Below, in pieces: positions 50,401-63,034 of a DNA stretch of 64,000 nt. Both the position numbers and the translations under genes were made by a program. Numbering within the stretch: position 1 is the stretch's first letter; each line of letters opens with the position of its first letter. Source of the DNA: Octopus sinensis (taxonomy: Eukaryota); NCBI RefSeq assembly GCF_006345805.1, contig NC_042997.1, positions 166,718,001 through 166,782,000 on the forward strand, read 5' to 3'. The notes beneath the pieces are model-generated. The model did no database searches. It saw only the letters and a list, made by a program, of their open reading frames with translations, and was not told the origin of the DNA.

Positions 50401-51478
50401 GGGCATACAGCTGGTTTCAATTGCCCTAGCAGAAGCGTAAATAATTTCATTTAACTCAGTAAAATCAGGTTTTAATTCTTGTATTATTTCATTTGTTACA
50501 TAGTTGCCAATTTGGATTTGTTTTTTATTTTGGTTTGTATTTGAGAGTTTATGAAGTGGTTCTCTATCATTCATACTTGTATGTCTTACAACTTCAAGCG
50601 TATTCAGGATTTTCTGCCTCATTTCTGCCATAGACTCTCTGTGTTCTTCAGCAAATGCGAGATCTTCAGTTACTGTTGTTTTATCGTTTTCCTGGCTATC
50701 TTTAACAGGTACAATAGAATTTCTTGTATCTTCAGGCCTTTGCGTACTTTGGTCAGATGGCAGTCTTTCAATTAAGCCTCGTGGCGGGCTATACTGTTCA
50801 TCTGATTCTTCATTTCCTTTGTGTCTTATATTTATGTCATTTTCCGTGGCGGGCTATACTGTTCATCTGATTCTTCATTTCCTTTGTGTCTTATATTTAT
50901 GTCATTTTCCGTTGCGTGCTTGATCGCGCTTATTTCACCGTCTGTGAGTCTGTTATTTCTAAGGATATCCCTCCTCACATTTGCTAATTTGTTCTCGTCC
51001 AGATAGGGCCTACTGTCTTGATTCCGTTTTCTCCATATACTGTAAGAGTTTGCGGTGTGTCTCTCTTGAGATGGCCTACCTAATGCATAGTAATAAGCGT
51101 ATATTACTTCTTTATACTCTTCTCGGGTCCATTTGTTCCGCTTACATTTTTCTTTCTGTGGTGGTTGTGGTGGTGAACTTGGAGGGCTCGAGTTGGGGGA
51201 TTTCCCGTTCAAGTGATCATCCATGTCCGTATTCGGAGAAGAGTTTGTGCCAGTTGATGACTTTTCGATCCCAGGCTGGCTCTTCCCTGGGGGACGCGCT
51301 TCCAGATTAACCATAGGACAAGCGATTTGGTATACTGATTTAGTTTTCCTTTTAGTTTCCAAAAACATTTTAGTGCTACGATAATGTTATCATTTTTGAG
51401 CTTTGATTGGCTCTTGGGGAGACAGCCATCATTACCGTTACAATTATAATCGTACCATTATAGCAGCCGTAGTCGGCT
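47461..51478 (-). mobile_element. Near full-length R4-clade (Dong/Rex6-like) non-LTR retrotransposon
   Basis: Single disrupted ORF at 47628-51368 plus UTRs, flanked by (ATT)n at 47428-47460 and a degenerate ATT/ATC repeat from ~51479. Confidence 0.9.
47628..51368 (-). pseudogene. RT plus restriction-like endonuclease polyprotein, broken by frameshifts
   Basis: N-terminal RNKWTREEYKEV; RT motifs WIDYKKAFDSIPH, GIFQCDSLSP (G>C in QGD) and YMDDLKLY; zinc knuckle CRFC..HLISGC; RHD; KPDIVV..IDMSIP (RLE). Split over at least seven ORF pieces. Confidence 0.92.
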
Positions 51479-51562
51479 TATTATTGTTATTATCATCACC
51501 ATTATTATCACTATCATCATTATCACCACCATTACCATCATCATTATCATCATAACCATCAC

Positions 51563-51594
<32 letters not shown>

Positions 51595-52133
51595 ATGATA
51601 GTGTTTTATGTGTAGTCACAGCAGTATCTTATTATTGCTATTTTTGTTTTTTATCATTATCACCATCACAGTAGTGTCTGTCTGTCTCATTGGCTGGCTT
51701 GGTGGTTGGCTGGCTGACTGTCTTCAATGCCAGAGTTCTTGCCTGTCAAATAATACTTTCATATTTGGTTAACAATAGAGCCGAGGTGAGGTTTGTGTTG
51801 GTTGAACTCTTTGAGTGTGTGTGTGTAGATAGATAGATAGATAGATTATCAGCACTATTACTATCATTATTATCATCATCACAATCATCACCATCACCAT
51901 CAGTGATATTTTTTTTTTTAGGTGGGGTCCTATCGGTCAAAAAAAGTTCAAATGTTTACTACTATTAGCCTTAAGAAAAATTAAGTAAGGGCTGTTCTGT
52001 ATTGTTTGTGAATAGAGAAGTTGTGTTCGACCAGAGAGAATTATTATTTTTTTTTCCATGTGCGTTTGTGTTATTGCAATAAAAAGTGTTTGTATATTTC
52101 GTGTAAGGTAATATTGTGGAGGTTGAAGTTGAC

Positions 52134-52189
<56 letters not shown>

Positions 52190-52938
52190 GTCATTTACTT
52201 TTAATCTGCATGTTTGATGCAATCACCTGCCGGGGCACACCCAGCGCCCTAGGGCAAGTGAAGGTTAAGAGTTGTTGAAATATAGCTGAAAGCTTGGGGA
52301 GGGGAAGTAGAGAAATATCTCCATGTAATACAAACACAAATATTTACATTGATAGGGTTTTTCTAAGGATGTGGGCAGTACTTGTTAGCACAATCTTTTG
52401 GATTTCCTTGAGACATGATTCTCCAGGGATATTGTCTAGGTGTTTCTGACATCCCTTTTTTTATCATACCTAGGGCACCTACAATAACAGGAACAGTTTT
52501 TGTTTTAAGATTCCACATCTTTTGTATTTCGATTTCCAGGTCCTTATATTTACTAAGTTTGTCAAATTCCTTTACAGATACATTTTTATCAGTGGGGACG
52601 CTTACCTCTATTAGTCTGCAGGTATTTTCTTCCCTGTCTTTAACAATTATGTCTGGTCGATTAGCCTTGATCGTTCTGTCAGTGTTGACTGGAAAATCCC
52701 AGAGGATGGTGACATCCTTACCTTCAACAACTGGCTGAGGATGGTGTTCATACCAGTTAGCAGGAGTGTCGAATTTGTAGTGTTTACATATCTTCCAATG
52801 TATATACTGTCCTACCCTATCGTGGCGATTTTTGTATTCGTTTGGTGTCAGCACAGGACATCCCGAAACGAGATGGTCTATTGTTTCGTCAAATGTGTCG
52901 CAGAATTTGCATTTAGGGTCAGTACCGTTTCGGAGAAC

Positions 52939-52939
<1 letters not shown>
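52190..52939 (-). mobile_element. 5'-truncated R4/Dong-like copy (RLE domain plus 3'UTR)
   Basis: CKFCDTFDETIDHLVSGC..RHDRVGQYIHW..RPDIIV..IEVSVP; stop at 52344-52346; (ATT)n on both flanks. Confidence 0.9.
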
Positions 52940-53003
<64 letters not shown>

Positions 53004-54865
53004 TCAAATTTTTGCCACAAGGGCAGCTTGGATAAGGTGGGGATGGCTCGATTACATCGATCCCAGTGTTCAACTCCGGAAAGCTAAAAGGCAAAACTGA
53101 CCTCGGCGAAATTTGATCCCAGAACGTAGCGACGGGCGAAATTCCGCTAAGCATTTCGTCCAGCATGCTAGCGATTCTGTCAGCATTCCGACTTAATTAA
53201 TTAATTAATTAATTAATTAATTAATAAATAATAATAATAATAATAATGATGATGATGATGATGATGATGAGTAAAGTGTAGTGTTAAAGATATGAAATAT
53301 AATAGACTAATTAGTACTTACGTCAATACTGAGTCCATACGATGTAGAATTTTCGTGACTGTGCCGCGAATTCATCTCTATATGCCTGTAAGAAAAGAAA
53401 TAAAACTATTATATATGTCTCCCAAATTGGTATTGCTGGTATATCTGAACAACATATGCTCCATGCAGTTATGTAAACTATTGTGGGAGTATGAAGTTTT
53501 TAGGTTGTCTTACTATTTTTGTTTATATTTACTTAATCCAAGTAAAAAATGTAGTGGACAGCTAAAAGAAAGTAAAATTTTAAAAGAACGACTAGAAAAA
53601 AATATTCCGTTACGTCTGCTGCACAGTAAGATTATCCATAAAGTGGGTGCTAATATACTTGATGTTGTGAGCTAAGAAATATTTAATTAAAATTACATAT
53701 AGACTGAGGAAAAGGAAAAAAAAACGTCCTTTCTTGATAGGGAAGATAGACTCGAAATATAAGATAATGAAAATGAATTAAAAACAGAATATAGTGGGAA
53801 GTGAGTCTGATCTTAGGCAGTAGGGTAACAAACTCTATACACGTTTCGCTGTTATTAGGTCTCATAAGAAAATCATAGTTAAATGATGGTGCAGATCTTA
53901 GAGTGTGTGGAGAAGATATTGTCATTTTTTGTGAATGAAATCTGAGCGGTTAATATCTTCAAAGAATAACTGAACCAAAAAATATCAACATACTGTAAAA
54001 ACATTAGATTCATTTCCCACTGTATTTATATGTTTTATTAATCCACATTAATTCAATTTCTGGAGTTGTGCCCCCCTGCTTTGCTTGACAAGAATAACTT
54101 GTTTAGATAACTTGTTCTCATCATTAAGAATATAATTTTAGCTAATTAAGATTTCTTGGCCCATTTAATTATGTAGTTAACGCTTACTTAACTTTCAGCA
54201 GAAATTCAGTTTGTGTTCAGATGTAAATTTTACCGAGACATGTCAAAAGATATTTTGCTAACGTCAGCAGAAATATAACTGACGTATGTTATGCACACAC
54301 ATGCACACTTACACATACATGCATTCACTTTTAAATATACATGTGTACACAGAATTATATACACGTGTACATACACACAAAAACACATATATACACTCGC
54401 GCATACATATATGTGAGTTTATAGCCATATGGACACAATCTTGAACGCTCACTCACACACACACGATCATAAAGAAATACAAAAGAAAAAAAATTATACA
54501 CACCATCCACATTACTATCTATATACACCGACAAAGAAACAGACAGGCAAACATCATATTAACAGGCAGTTATTTAATTAAAACCAACACATTCGGTTGG
54601 CTATACGCGATGTCAATGTGCATGTGCGTATGGGCGTATGCATTTGAATATTTATTCAACGGTAGTCTAGGTGTGTTTGTGTGTGTGCGTGTGTGTGTGT
54701 GTATGTATGCGTGTGTGTGTGTATGCGCGCGTGTGTGTGTGTGTGTGTGTGTGCGTGCGTATGTGCGGGAGTATACAGAAAATAACAATCTTTACTTCCT
54801 AGTTGAACTTGTGAAAACGTGAAAAGTAAAGGTTGTTATTTTCTGCACACACACACACACACACA

Positions 54866-54906
<41 letters not shown>

Positions 54907-54957
54907 ACACACACACACACTCTCTCACACACACACACATACACACACACAAACACA

Positions 54958-55008
<51 letters not shown>

Positions 55009-55603
55009 GCACACACACAAGTTGCTTTTCAGTTTTTCTTCTTATTCTTAACTAGAAAATATAAAAGATCATATACATTTACATGCCTACGGGATATATG
55101 CAAACATCGCAACACGTGTTTCAAATTAAAATGACAGGAAATAGGCTAATTAATTATTACAGAATATCTAATGAGCGCTGTCAAAAACGACGGCTCCTGC
55201 TATTCTGGCATCATCACAACATTGTATCACAGGAATGCATTGAAGATTTTACGAAGAGCACTGGAATTTAAGAAAAAATCCACCCACCTCATAGTTGGTA
55301 CGGGTGGCGTAGTACAGGTTGTGTATATATTTGTAATATGATATAGGGAATAAGGTACTACAAGCTATGTTAATGTTAGCTGATGTTATTGTCGTTAAGT
55401 TCCAGGTCAGGGTTGACTGATCTATCTATGATCAAAAGCGATCCTGCAATGATCATACTGCATTTTTTGTTCAGACTTGAATTTTGGATACAACTCCATT
55501 ATCCTATTTCCTTTTAAGTTGAATTGTATTCTGGCAAGGTTGTCAACTATCTCGTGTTCGACAGGAATTGAACTCAGAATCTAAAGGGCTGAGATTAAAT
55601 ACC

Positions 55604-55835
55604 TATTTCTTTATTACCCACAAGGGGCTAAACACAGAGAGGACAAACAAGGACAGACAAAGTGATTAAGTCGATTATATCGACCCCAGTGCGTAACTGG
55701 TACTTAATTTATCGACCCCGAAAGGATGAAAGGCAAAGTCAACCTCGGCGGAATTTGAACTCAGAACGTAACGACAGACGAAATACGGCTACGCATTTTG
55801 CCCGGCGTGCTAACGTTTCTGCCAGCTCGCCGCTT
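55604..55835 (-). mobile_element. Full-length SINE-A long-tail copy between long direct repeats
   Basis: Near-consensus copy; flanks 55373-55603 and 55836-56090 are homologous. Confidence 0.9.
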
Positions 55836-56142
55836 ATGTTGGCTAATGTTATTGTCGTTAAGTTCCAGGTCAGGGTTGATTAATCTATCTATGATCAAAA
55901 GCGTTCCCGCAATGATCATCCCGCATTTTTTGTTCAGACTTGTCTTTTGAATACAACTCAAATATCCTCTTCCATTTTAAGTTGAATTGTGTTCTGGGGC
56001 AGATTTGACCGCGATTTCTGGCAAGGTCGTCAACTACCTCGTGTTCGGCAGGAACTGAACTCAGAATCTAAAGAGCTGAGATTAAATACCGAAAGGAATT
56101 TTATCACTGTAGTCGTTGGTAACGTGGTTGATTATTTTCTTC

Positions 56143-56721
56143 AAGGGCGGCGAGCTGGCAGAAACGTTAGCACGCCGGGCGAAATGCTTTGCGGTATTTC
56201 GTCTGCGTTACGTTGTGAGTTCAAATTCCGCCGAGGTCGACTTTGCCTTTCATCCTTTCGGGGTCGATAAATTAAGTACCAGCTACGCACTGGGGTCGAT
56301 GTAATCGACTTAATACCTATGTCTGTCCTTGTTTGTCCCCTCTGTGTTTAGCCCCTTGTGGGTAATAATGAAATAGGTATTTCTGAGTTCAAATTCCGCC
56401 GAGGTCGACTTTGCCTTTCATCCTTTCGGGGTCGATTAAATAAGTACCAGTTTCGCACTGGGGTCGATATAATTGACTTAATCCGTTTGTCTGTCCTTGT
56501 TTGTCCTCTCTGTGTTTAGCCCTTTGTGGGTAGTAAAGAAATAAGGTATTTCGTCTGTCTTTACGTTCAAATTCCACCGAGGTCGACTTTGCCTTTCATC
56601 CTTTCGGGGTCGTTTAAATAAGTACCAGTTACGCACTGGGGTCGATGTAATTGACTTAATCCGTTTGTCTGTCCTTGTTTGTCCTTTCCGTGTTTAGCTC
56701 CTTGTCGGTAATAAAGAAATA
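56143..56721 (+). mobile_element. SINE-A trimer inside a single 17-bp TSD
   Basis: ggttgattattttcttc at 56126-56142 and 56722-56738; units 2 and 3 start with ggtattt at 56376 and 56545. Confidence 0.9.
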
Positions 56722-57355
56722 GGTTGATTATTTTCTTCTGCATCAAACGTGTTTAAGACACCAAGTTTATTATCCAGTGTAATCATGTTACAACCCCTTT
56801 TTGTACAACTGCCTTCTGTTCTACTTCGCGGCTTCTTTCAGTCATCTTGAATTGTAGGTAAATCCAACAGCACGGTGATCAACAATTATCCGCCTCAAAT
56901 ATATATATAGTTAAAAAAAGAGCACCAGGTGATAACTGCATTATGAGCGCAAAAAGTTATTGTACTATTCATATGGAAGTAAGAAGAAAATGAAAGGATG
57001 GAGTCAGGAAAAAAAAAAAGAACCGTATGATTTCAATTAGTTGCAAGTTAATTTCATTCACAAGCAGGCTGTTCCGTTGATAGGATCAACTGGAAACCTC
57101 GTCGTAATCGACGGTGTGCCAGTTAATGTGTGTGTGTGTCTGCCTTTGCGTTTGTGTTTATTCCTCACAACCGGTGTTGTGCTTACGTCCCCGTAACTTA
57201 GTGGTTTGACAAAAGAAACCGATAGAATAAGTACTAGGCTTAAAAATATAAAACCCTGGGGTCGACTTGTTCGACTAAAGACCTTTCGAGGCGGTGCTCC
57301 AGCATGGCTGCAGTCAAATGATTGAAACAAGTAAAAGAAAAAAAGATTTATATAG

Positions 57356-57745
57356 CAGGAGTGGCTGTGTGATAAGTAGCTTGCTTACCAACCGCATGGT
57401 TCCGGGTTCAGTCCCACTGTGTGGCACCTTGGGCAAGTGTCTTCTACTATAGCCTCGGGCCAACCAAAGCCTTGTGAGTGGATTTGGTAGACGGAAACTG
57501 AAAGAAGCCTGTCGTATATATGTATGTGTGTGTGTGTTTGTGTGTCTGTGTTAGTCCCCCAACATTGCTTGACAACCGATGCTGGTGTGTTTGCGTCCCC
57601 GTAACTTAGCGGTTCGGCAAAAGAGACCGATAGAATACGTACTAGGCTTACAAAGAATATGTCCTGGGGTCGATTTGCTCGACTAAAGGCGGTGCTCCAG
57701 CATGGCCACAGTCAAATAACTTGAAACAAGTAAAAGAGTAAAGAG
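57356..57745 (+). mobile_element. Full-length SINE family B (tRNA head, CORE-like ccttgggcaagt segment)
   Basis: A box tggctgtgtg, B box ggttcagtccc; tail gaaacaagtaaaagag. Partial copies at ~57130-57345, ~59355-59545 and ~5800-5975. Confidence 0.85.
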
Positions 57746-57747
57746 TA

Positions 57748-57964
57748 TGCAAAGTCCATCAGAAAAATGTATACACACTTCAGGAAAGGAAAAATCTGTA
57801 TAAATATTTAAATGCACTGCTATTGCAATCTATTCAGTCTAACTGCAATTTGATAAAACATCGAAACAGGTATTTATATTTAGAGAGGTTCTTATACAAG
57901 TTAAATGTTTATACAGATTTTTCCTTTCCTGAAATGTGTATACGTTGTTTTGGCGGATTCTGTA
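57748..57964. mobile_element. Small Tc1/mariner-type MITE (~70-bp TIR, TA flanks)
   Basis: gtatacacacttcaggaaaggaaaaatctgtataaatatttaa is mirrored at 57901-57945. Confidence 0.6.
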
Positions 57965-58286
57965 TAGACACACACACACACACACATGGCGGGCGTCCAC
58001 ATAATTTCCGCCTACCAAAATTAACACAGATCTTATTACTTTGAAAATGCTTAAAAGCATTTGTTTCATAAAATAAATTTTTTATTAGGTTTTTAATAAA
58101 TATTTATTTTCTGTGGAAGGCCAGACTATTCTTTTTGTAATGAGAAACTCTTGGGTTCCCCCGGAAACCATTTCGGGTAACATTATCTTAAGGTTGTGTT
58201 TCCCGTTGTTTAGTTACAAGCTTTCAGTTTAAACACCTCCTGGACTGAGCCTGCATTTCATAAAAGCAAAAAGTTATGTGTATATA

Positions 58287-59546
58287 TATATTCAATGGTT
58301 GGGGTAGAATACATACGTAGGGTTGATGAATTAAGGGATCTTTTCGGTTTGAACGGCAGTTTTTCTAGCGGTGTCATCTGAAAGTGTCACCCATAATTAT
58401 GACCCTAGTATCGAGCTATTGCATTTCAATCTGTTTTAGGGTTAGGGTTAGGGTTAGGAGAAAGGTATCTTTTCTTCTTCACAAATGTAAATAAACCCAA
58501 TCTGTTTCTTAAACGAGGGACATATTCATACGGCATAGAATGTTTTTTTTACCTCAATAGACGTCATTGATTGGTTGAAATTGCAGAAATTGAAGGAAAA
58601 AAACAACAACAAATATCTTACAAACCATAGAAGTTTCTCAATAAAGCCAAGAGAAAAAGATGTTTTATAAACACATTCTACCAGCATACGAAGTTTAAAA
58701 GTGTTTAGTTAACTAGAAATTGTGTTTAAAAACTGCCGTTCAAACTGAAAAGATCCGAATTAAGTACCAGTAATGACGACTACATCCTTCCCAAACAAAT
58801 TTCTGGCCATGTGCCAAAATTAAGAATCATTATTTATGATATGAAAACCAAAAGCTCACTCGTTAAAGCTCTGTATCCCGTGAGCTTCATCAGTGACATC
58901 ATCCTGCTCCAGTTTCTACGAGCCACGTTGTAGCTCTGTGTTCAGTAGACGAGTGGGACGGGGAGACAGGAACACATAATGGGAGTAGCGAAATGAAGAG
59001 GAATGGCAAGAGGAGACGGGAAGAGAATTGGTGTAAAAGTACATAAATCTCGTTGAATAAGTTTGTACAGAATAGATTGACAAATTGTGTGTACACACAC
59101 ACACACAGACGCAGACATACGCACTCACACACACACACACACTCACACATACAGACATACGTACTCTCTCTCACACACACACACTCGCTTTAGCGCGTAC
59201 AACCGACGCATGTATATATGAGAATGGGTGTATATGTTCATTTATATAGGCACTCACGCATATTTATATTTATATATCTATAAATCAGAAAATTTGAGAG
59301 GATAATATCTATCTGTCTGCCTGCCTCTGTGTGTGTGTGTGTGTGTGTGTGTGTCTATGATGTCCCCCCCCCAACATCGTTTGGCAACCGATGCTAGTGT
59401 GTTTACTTAGCGGTTTGGCAAAAGAGACCGATAGAATAAGTACTAAGCTTACAAAGAATACGTCCTGGTGTCGATTTGCTCAACTAAAGGCGGTGCTCCA
59501 GCATGGCGACAGTGAAATGACTGAAACAAGTAAAAGAGTAAGGAGT

Positions 59547-59578
<32 letters not shown>

Positions 59579-59580
59579 CA

Positions 59581-59617
<37 letters not shown>

Positions 59618-59718
59618 ACACACACACACACACAGAATTTGGCATTATAGGTATTATAGGCACAAAGTCTAAATTCTTGGTGCAGGAGGCTAGTAGATTA
59701 CACCGATCTCCGTGCACA
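58287..59718. repeat. Segmental duplicate, unit 1 (partner 60811-61698)
   Basis: Colinear homology from attcaatggttggg to gatctccgtgcaca; unit 1 carries an extra MITE and a SINE-B piece. Confidence 0.9.
58336..58756 (+). mobile_element. Mutator-like MITE copy 3
   Basis: TSD gaattaag (8 bp, or 9 bp with one base lost); the empty site is present in the duplicate at 60852-60859. Confidence 0.9.
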
Positions 59719-60808
59719 GAGATCATTAAAGTAGAATGTCAAGTTAAGAAAATCGAGCATTTTTGATACCTTTTTGCTTTTAATCAAGGTTCTAAGGCCG
59801 CAAAAGCTGCTCGCGACATTTATGCTGTGTATGGAGAGTGTGCCATAGCTGAAAGAACCGCTCGTGATTGCTATGCCAAATAAAAAAATGGTAATTTTGA
59901 CCTCAAAGATGCATCTCGTTCTGGCCGTCCAGTTGAGTTCGATGAAGAGCGATTAAATCAACTTTTGCATGAAATGTCTCGTCAAACGACAAGGGAACTG
60001 GCAGGGAAAATGGAATGCTCCTACACTGCTATAGAGAAGCATCTTCACTCGATGGGAATGATTCAGAAGTATGGAGCATGGGTTCCGCATTCTTTAAGTG
60101 ACAACAGCAAAAATCAACGAGCCACAATCTCCGCGGGTTTTCTTGCTAGTCACCGCTCAACTCATGGACACAAATAACGATTTCTTTACCGAATCGCTAC
60201 TGGCGACGAAAAATGGTGCTTGTACATCAATATGGAGCAGCGTAAGGAATGGCTTAGCCCCGTTAAACAAGCGACCCCGCGCGTGAAACAAGATCTTCAT
60301 CCGCATAAAACGTTGTTGTGCGTATGGTGGGACTGGGAAGGGATTATCCATTACGAATTGCTTGAACGGAATCAAACGGTCGACGCGGAACTCTATGTTC
60401 AACTGATGGAACGACTCAACACGGCTATTCAAGAGAAAAGACCTAATCGGCATCATGGAGTTCTTCTTTTGCACGACAACGGCCGCCCTCATATCGCCAA
60501 TATGACGAAGGAAGCCATTCAAACGCTTGGCTGGGAAGTGCTGCCACCTCTTTCGATCTCTTTCAAATGCTATGTGCGGAGTTTCGTTTCAGTACTGATG
60601 CAGAATTGAGAGCTTGGTTGGATCAATTTTTCGAGTCGAAATCGGGTGATTTCTACCAACGAGGTACTGAAAAATATTGTCAAACGTTGGGAAGAGGTTG
60701 TAAACAACAAGGGTGAATACATTATTGATTAATTAGTCGTTATTTTTAATTAAAACTTTAACAATATTTAAATTTAAAACAACGGCGGGAACTTAGTTGC
60801 CAACCTAA
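59719..60808 (+). mobile_element. Decayed mariner transposon lacking the left TIR
   Basis: WVPHSL, TGDEKW, LHPHKTLLCVWWD and LHDNGRPH; stops at 59764, 59881 and 60175; right TIR ...agttgccaacctaa|TA. Confidence 0.92.
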
Positions 60809-60810
60809 TA

Positions 60811-61698
60811 TGTATTGAATGGTTGGGATAGAATACATGCGTAGGGTTGATGAATTAAGTACCAGTAATGACGACTACATCCTTTCCCAAACAAATTTCT
60901 GGCCATGTGCCAAAATTAAGAATCATTATCTCTGATATGAAAACCCAAAAGCCCACTCGTTAAAGCTCTGTATTTCGTGAGCTTCATCAATGACATCATC
61001 CTGCTCCACTTTCTGCAAACCAAGTTGTGTAGCTCTAATGTTCAGTAGACAAGTGGGACGGGGAGACAGGAACACATAATGGGAGTGGCGAAATGAAGAG
61101 GGATGGTAAGAGGAGACGGGAAGAGAATTGGTGTAAAAGTACACGAGAGAAAAATCTCGGTGAATAAGTTTGTACAGAACAGATTAGATTGACAAATTGC
61201 GTACACACACAGACACACGCACTCACACACACATGCTCTCACACATACAGACATACGCACTCACGCACATACACTTTAGCGCGTACAACCGACTCATGTC
61301 TATATGAGAATGGGTGTGTATATGTTTATTTATATAGGCACTCTCAAGCATATGTATATATTTATATTTATATATTTATAAATCAGAAATTCTGAGAGGA
61401 AAATATCTATCTATCTATCTTCCTGCCTGTGTGTGTTTGTGTGTGTGTGAACACATGAATATATATGTGTGTGTATAATGTGTATGTGTATATCTACTAT
61501 ATAACAACTATATATATATATATATATATATATTCCCCTCTAGTTTCAGCTCAGAGCTGCGGCCATGCTGATGCACCGCCGTTTGTATAAATATAAATAA
61601 TAGACACACAGAATTCTTTTCTGCTATAGGCATTTATAGGCTCAAAATCTAAATTCTTGGCGTAGGAGGTTAGTAGATTACATCGATCTCCGTGCACA
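60811..61698. repeat. Segmental duplicate, unit 2
   Basis: See 58287-59718; starts immediately after the mariner TA. Confidence 0.9.
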
Positions 61699-61927
61699 AC
61701 AGATATTTATTTCATCGATTGCGAAAGGACGAAATGCAGAGTCGATCTCAACGGAATTTGAATTCAGAATGTAAAGACGGACGAAATGCCTCTAAACGTT
61801 TTATCCGGCATGACAGCAATTCTGTCAGCTCGCCGCCTTAAGTACATATCTAATTAGCACGGGGCTACGTGTATGTACATATATCAGAGTTGTCTGGAAC
61901 AGATGTACATAAGCGTGCTTGTCACAG

Positions 61928-62044
<117 letters not shown>

Positions 62045-62443
62045 CACTCGCGTATTTCAGATGTGTTAAACAAGAGTACTGCCCGGATTCTATGAATCAT
62101 TGACTAAAACGGGTGTAGATGCTACGAAGTTTAGTCATTCAACTCGTAATGAGCCAGTTTTGTGTTTACGTTACACACCGTTACAGTGATTTATTACTTA
62201 ACTTCTCTTTCCCTTCCTCTCTCTTCTGTCTATCCATCTGTCTCTGTTTGTCTCTCATGCCTCTTTTCTCCCGCCCTTTCTTTCTATTTTTACTGATGAT
62301 GTTTAGAGCTAGGTCAATCTTATCATTAAAGGCATTCCAGCCGCGACCATCTCTTCTATTTCCTCATGTTCAGTGCCACCGGGATTTAACATTTTCCGTA
62401 TTATTTCTATTAGCTAAGTAGGTAGTGTGCGATTTGAGGGAAA

Positions 62444-62872
62444 GGATCTTTCCTGTTTGAACGGCAGTTTTTTCTAGCTTGTCATATGAAATTGTCACCC
62501 ATAATTATGACCTTAGTATTGATCTTTTGCATTTCAATCTGTTTTACGGTTAGGGTTAGTTAGGGTTAGGGTTAGGAGTGGGGGGAAGGGTATTTTTTTT
62601 CTTCACAAATGTAAATAAACCCAATCTGTTTCTTAAACGAGGGACATATTCATACGACACAGTATGTTTTTACCTCAATAGACGTCAGTGATTGGTTGAA
62701 ATTGCAGAAATTGAAGAAAAAAAACAACAAATATCTTACAAGCTATAGAATTTTCTCAATAAAGCCAAGAGAAAAAGATGTTTTATAAACACATTCTATC
62801 AGTATACGAAGTTTAAATTTTTTTAGTTACCTAGAAATTATGTTAAAAACTGCTATTCAAACCGAAAAGATC
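62444..62872 (+). mobile_element. Mutator-like MITE copy 4, inserted in a SINE-C
   Basis: 9-bp TSD tgagggaaa at 62435-62443 and 62873-62881. Confidence 0.9.
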
Positions 62873-63034
62873 TGAGGGAAATTTAACTACTATTTCTAAA
62901 AGGCCGAGAGACCACACAACAGAGTTTTCGTGTTTGGCTCGTTTATCTAATTTGTCGATAGTTGCGTGCCACCCCTCTTTGTCTGTCTCTATATCTTTCT
63001 TTCTCCCTCTCTTTGCAAGTGTGTAAATGTACGT

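Noticed and set aside
51369-51478. HDV-like ribozyme in the Dong 5'UTR
   Set aside because: Only short hairpins were found; I could not assemble the nested double pseudoknot by eye.
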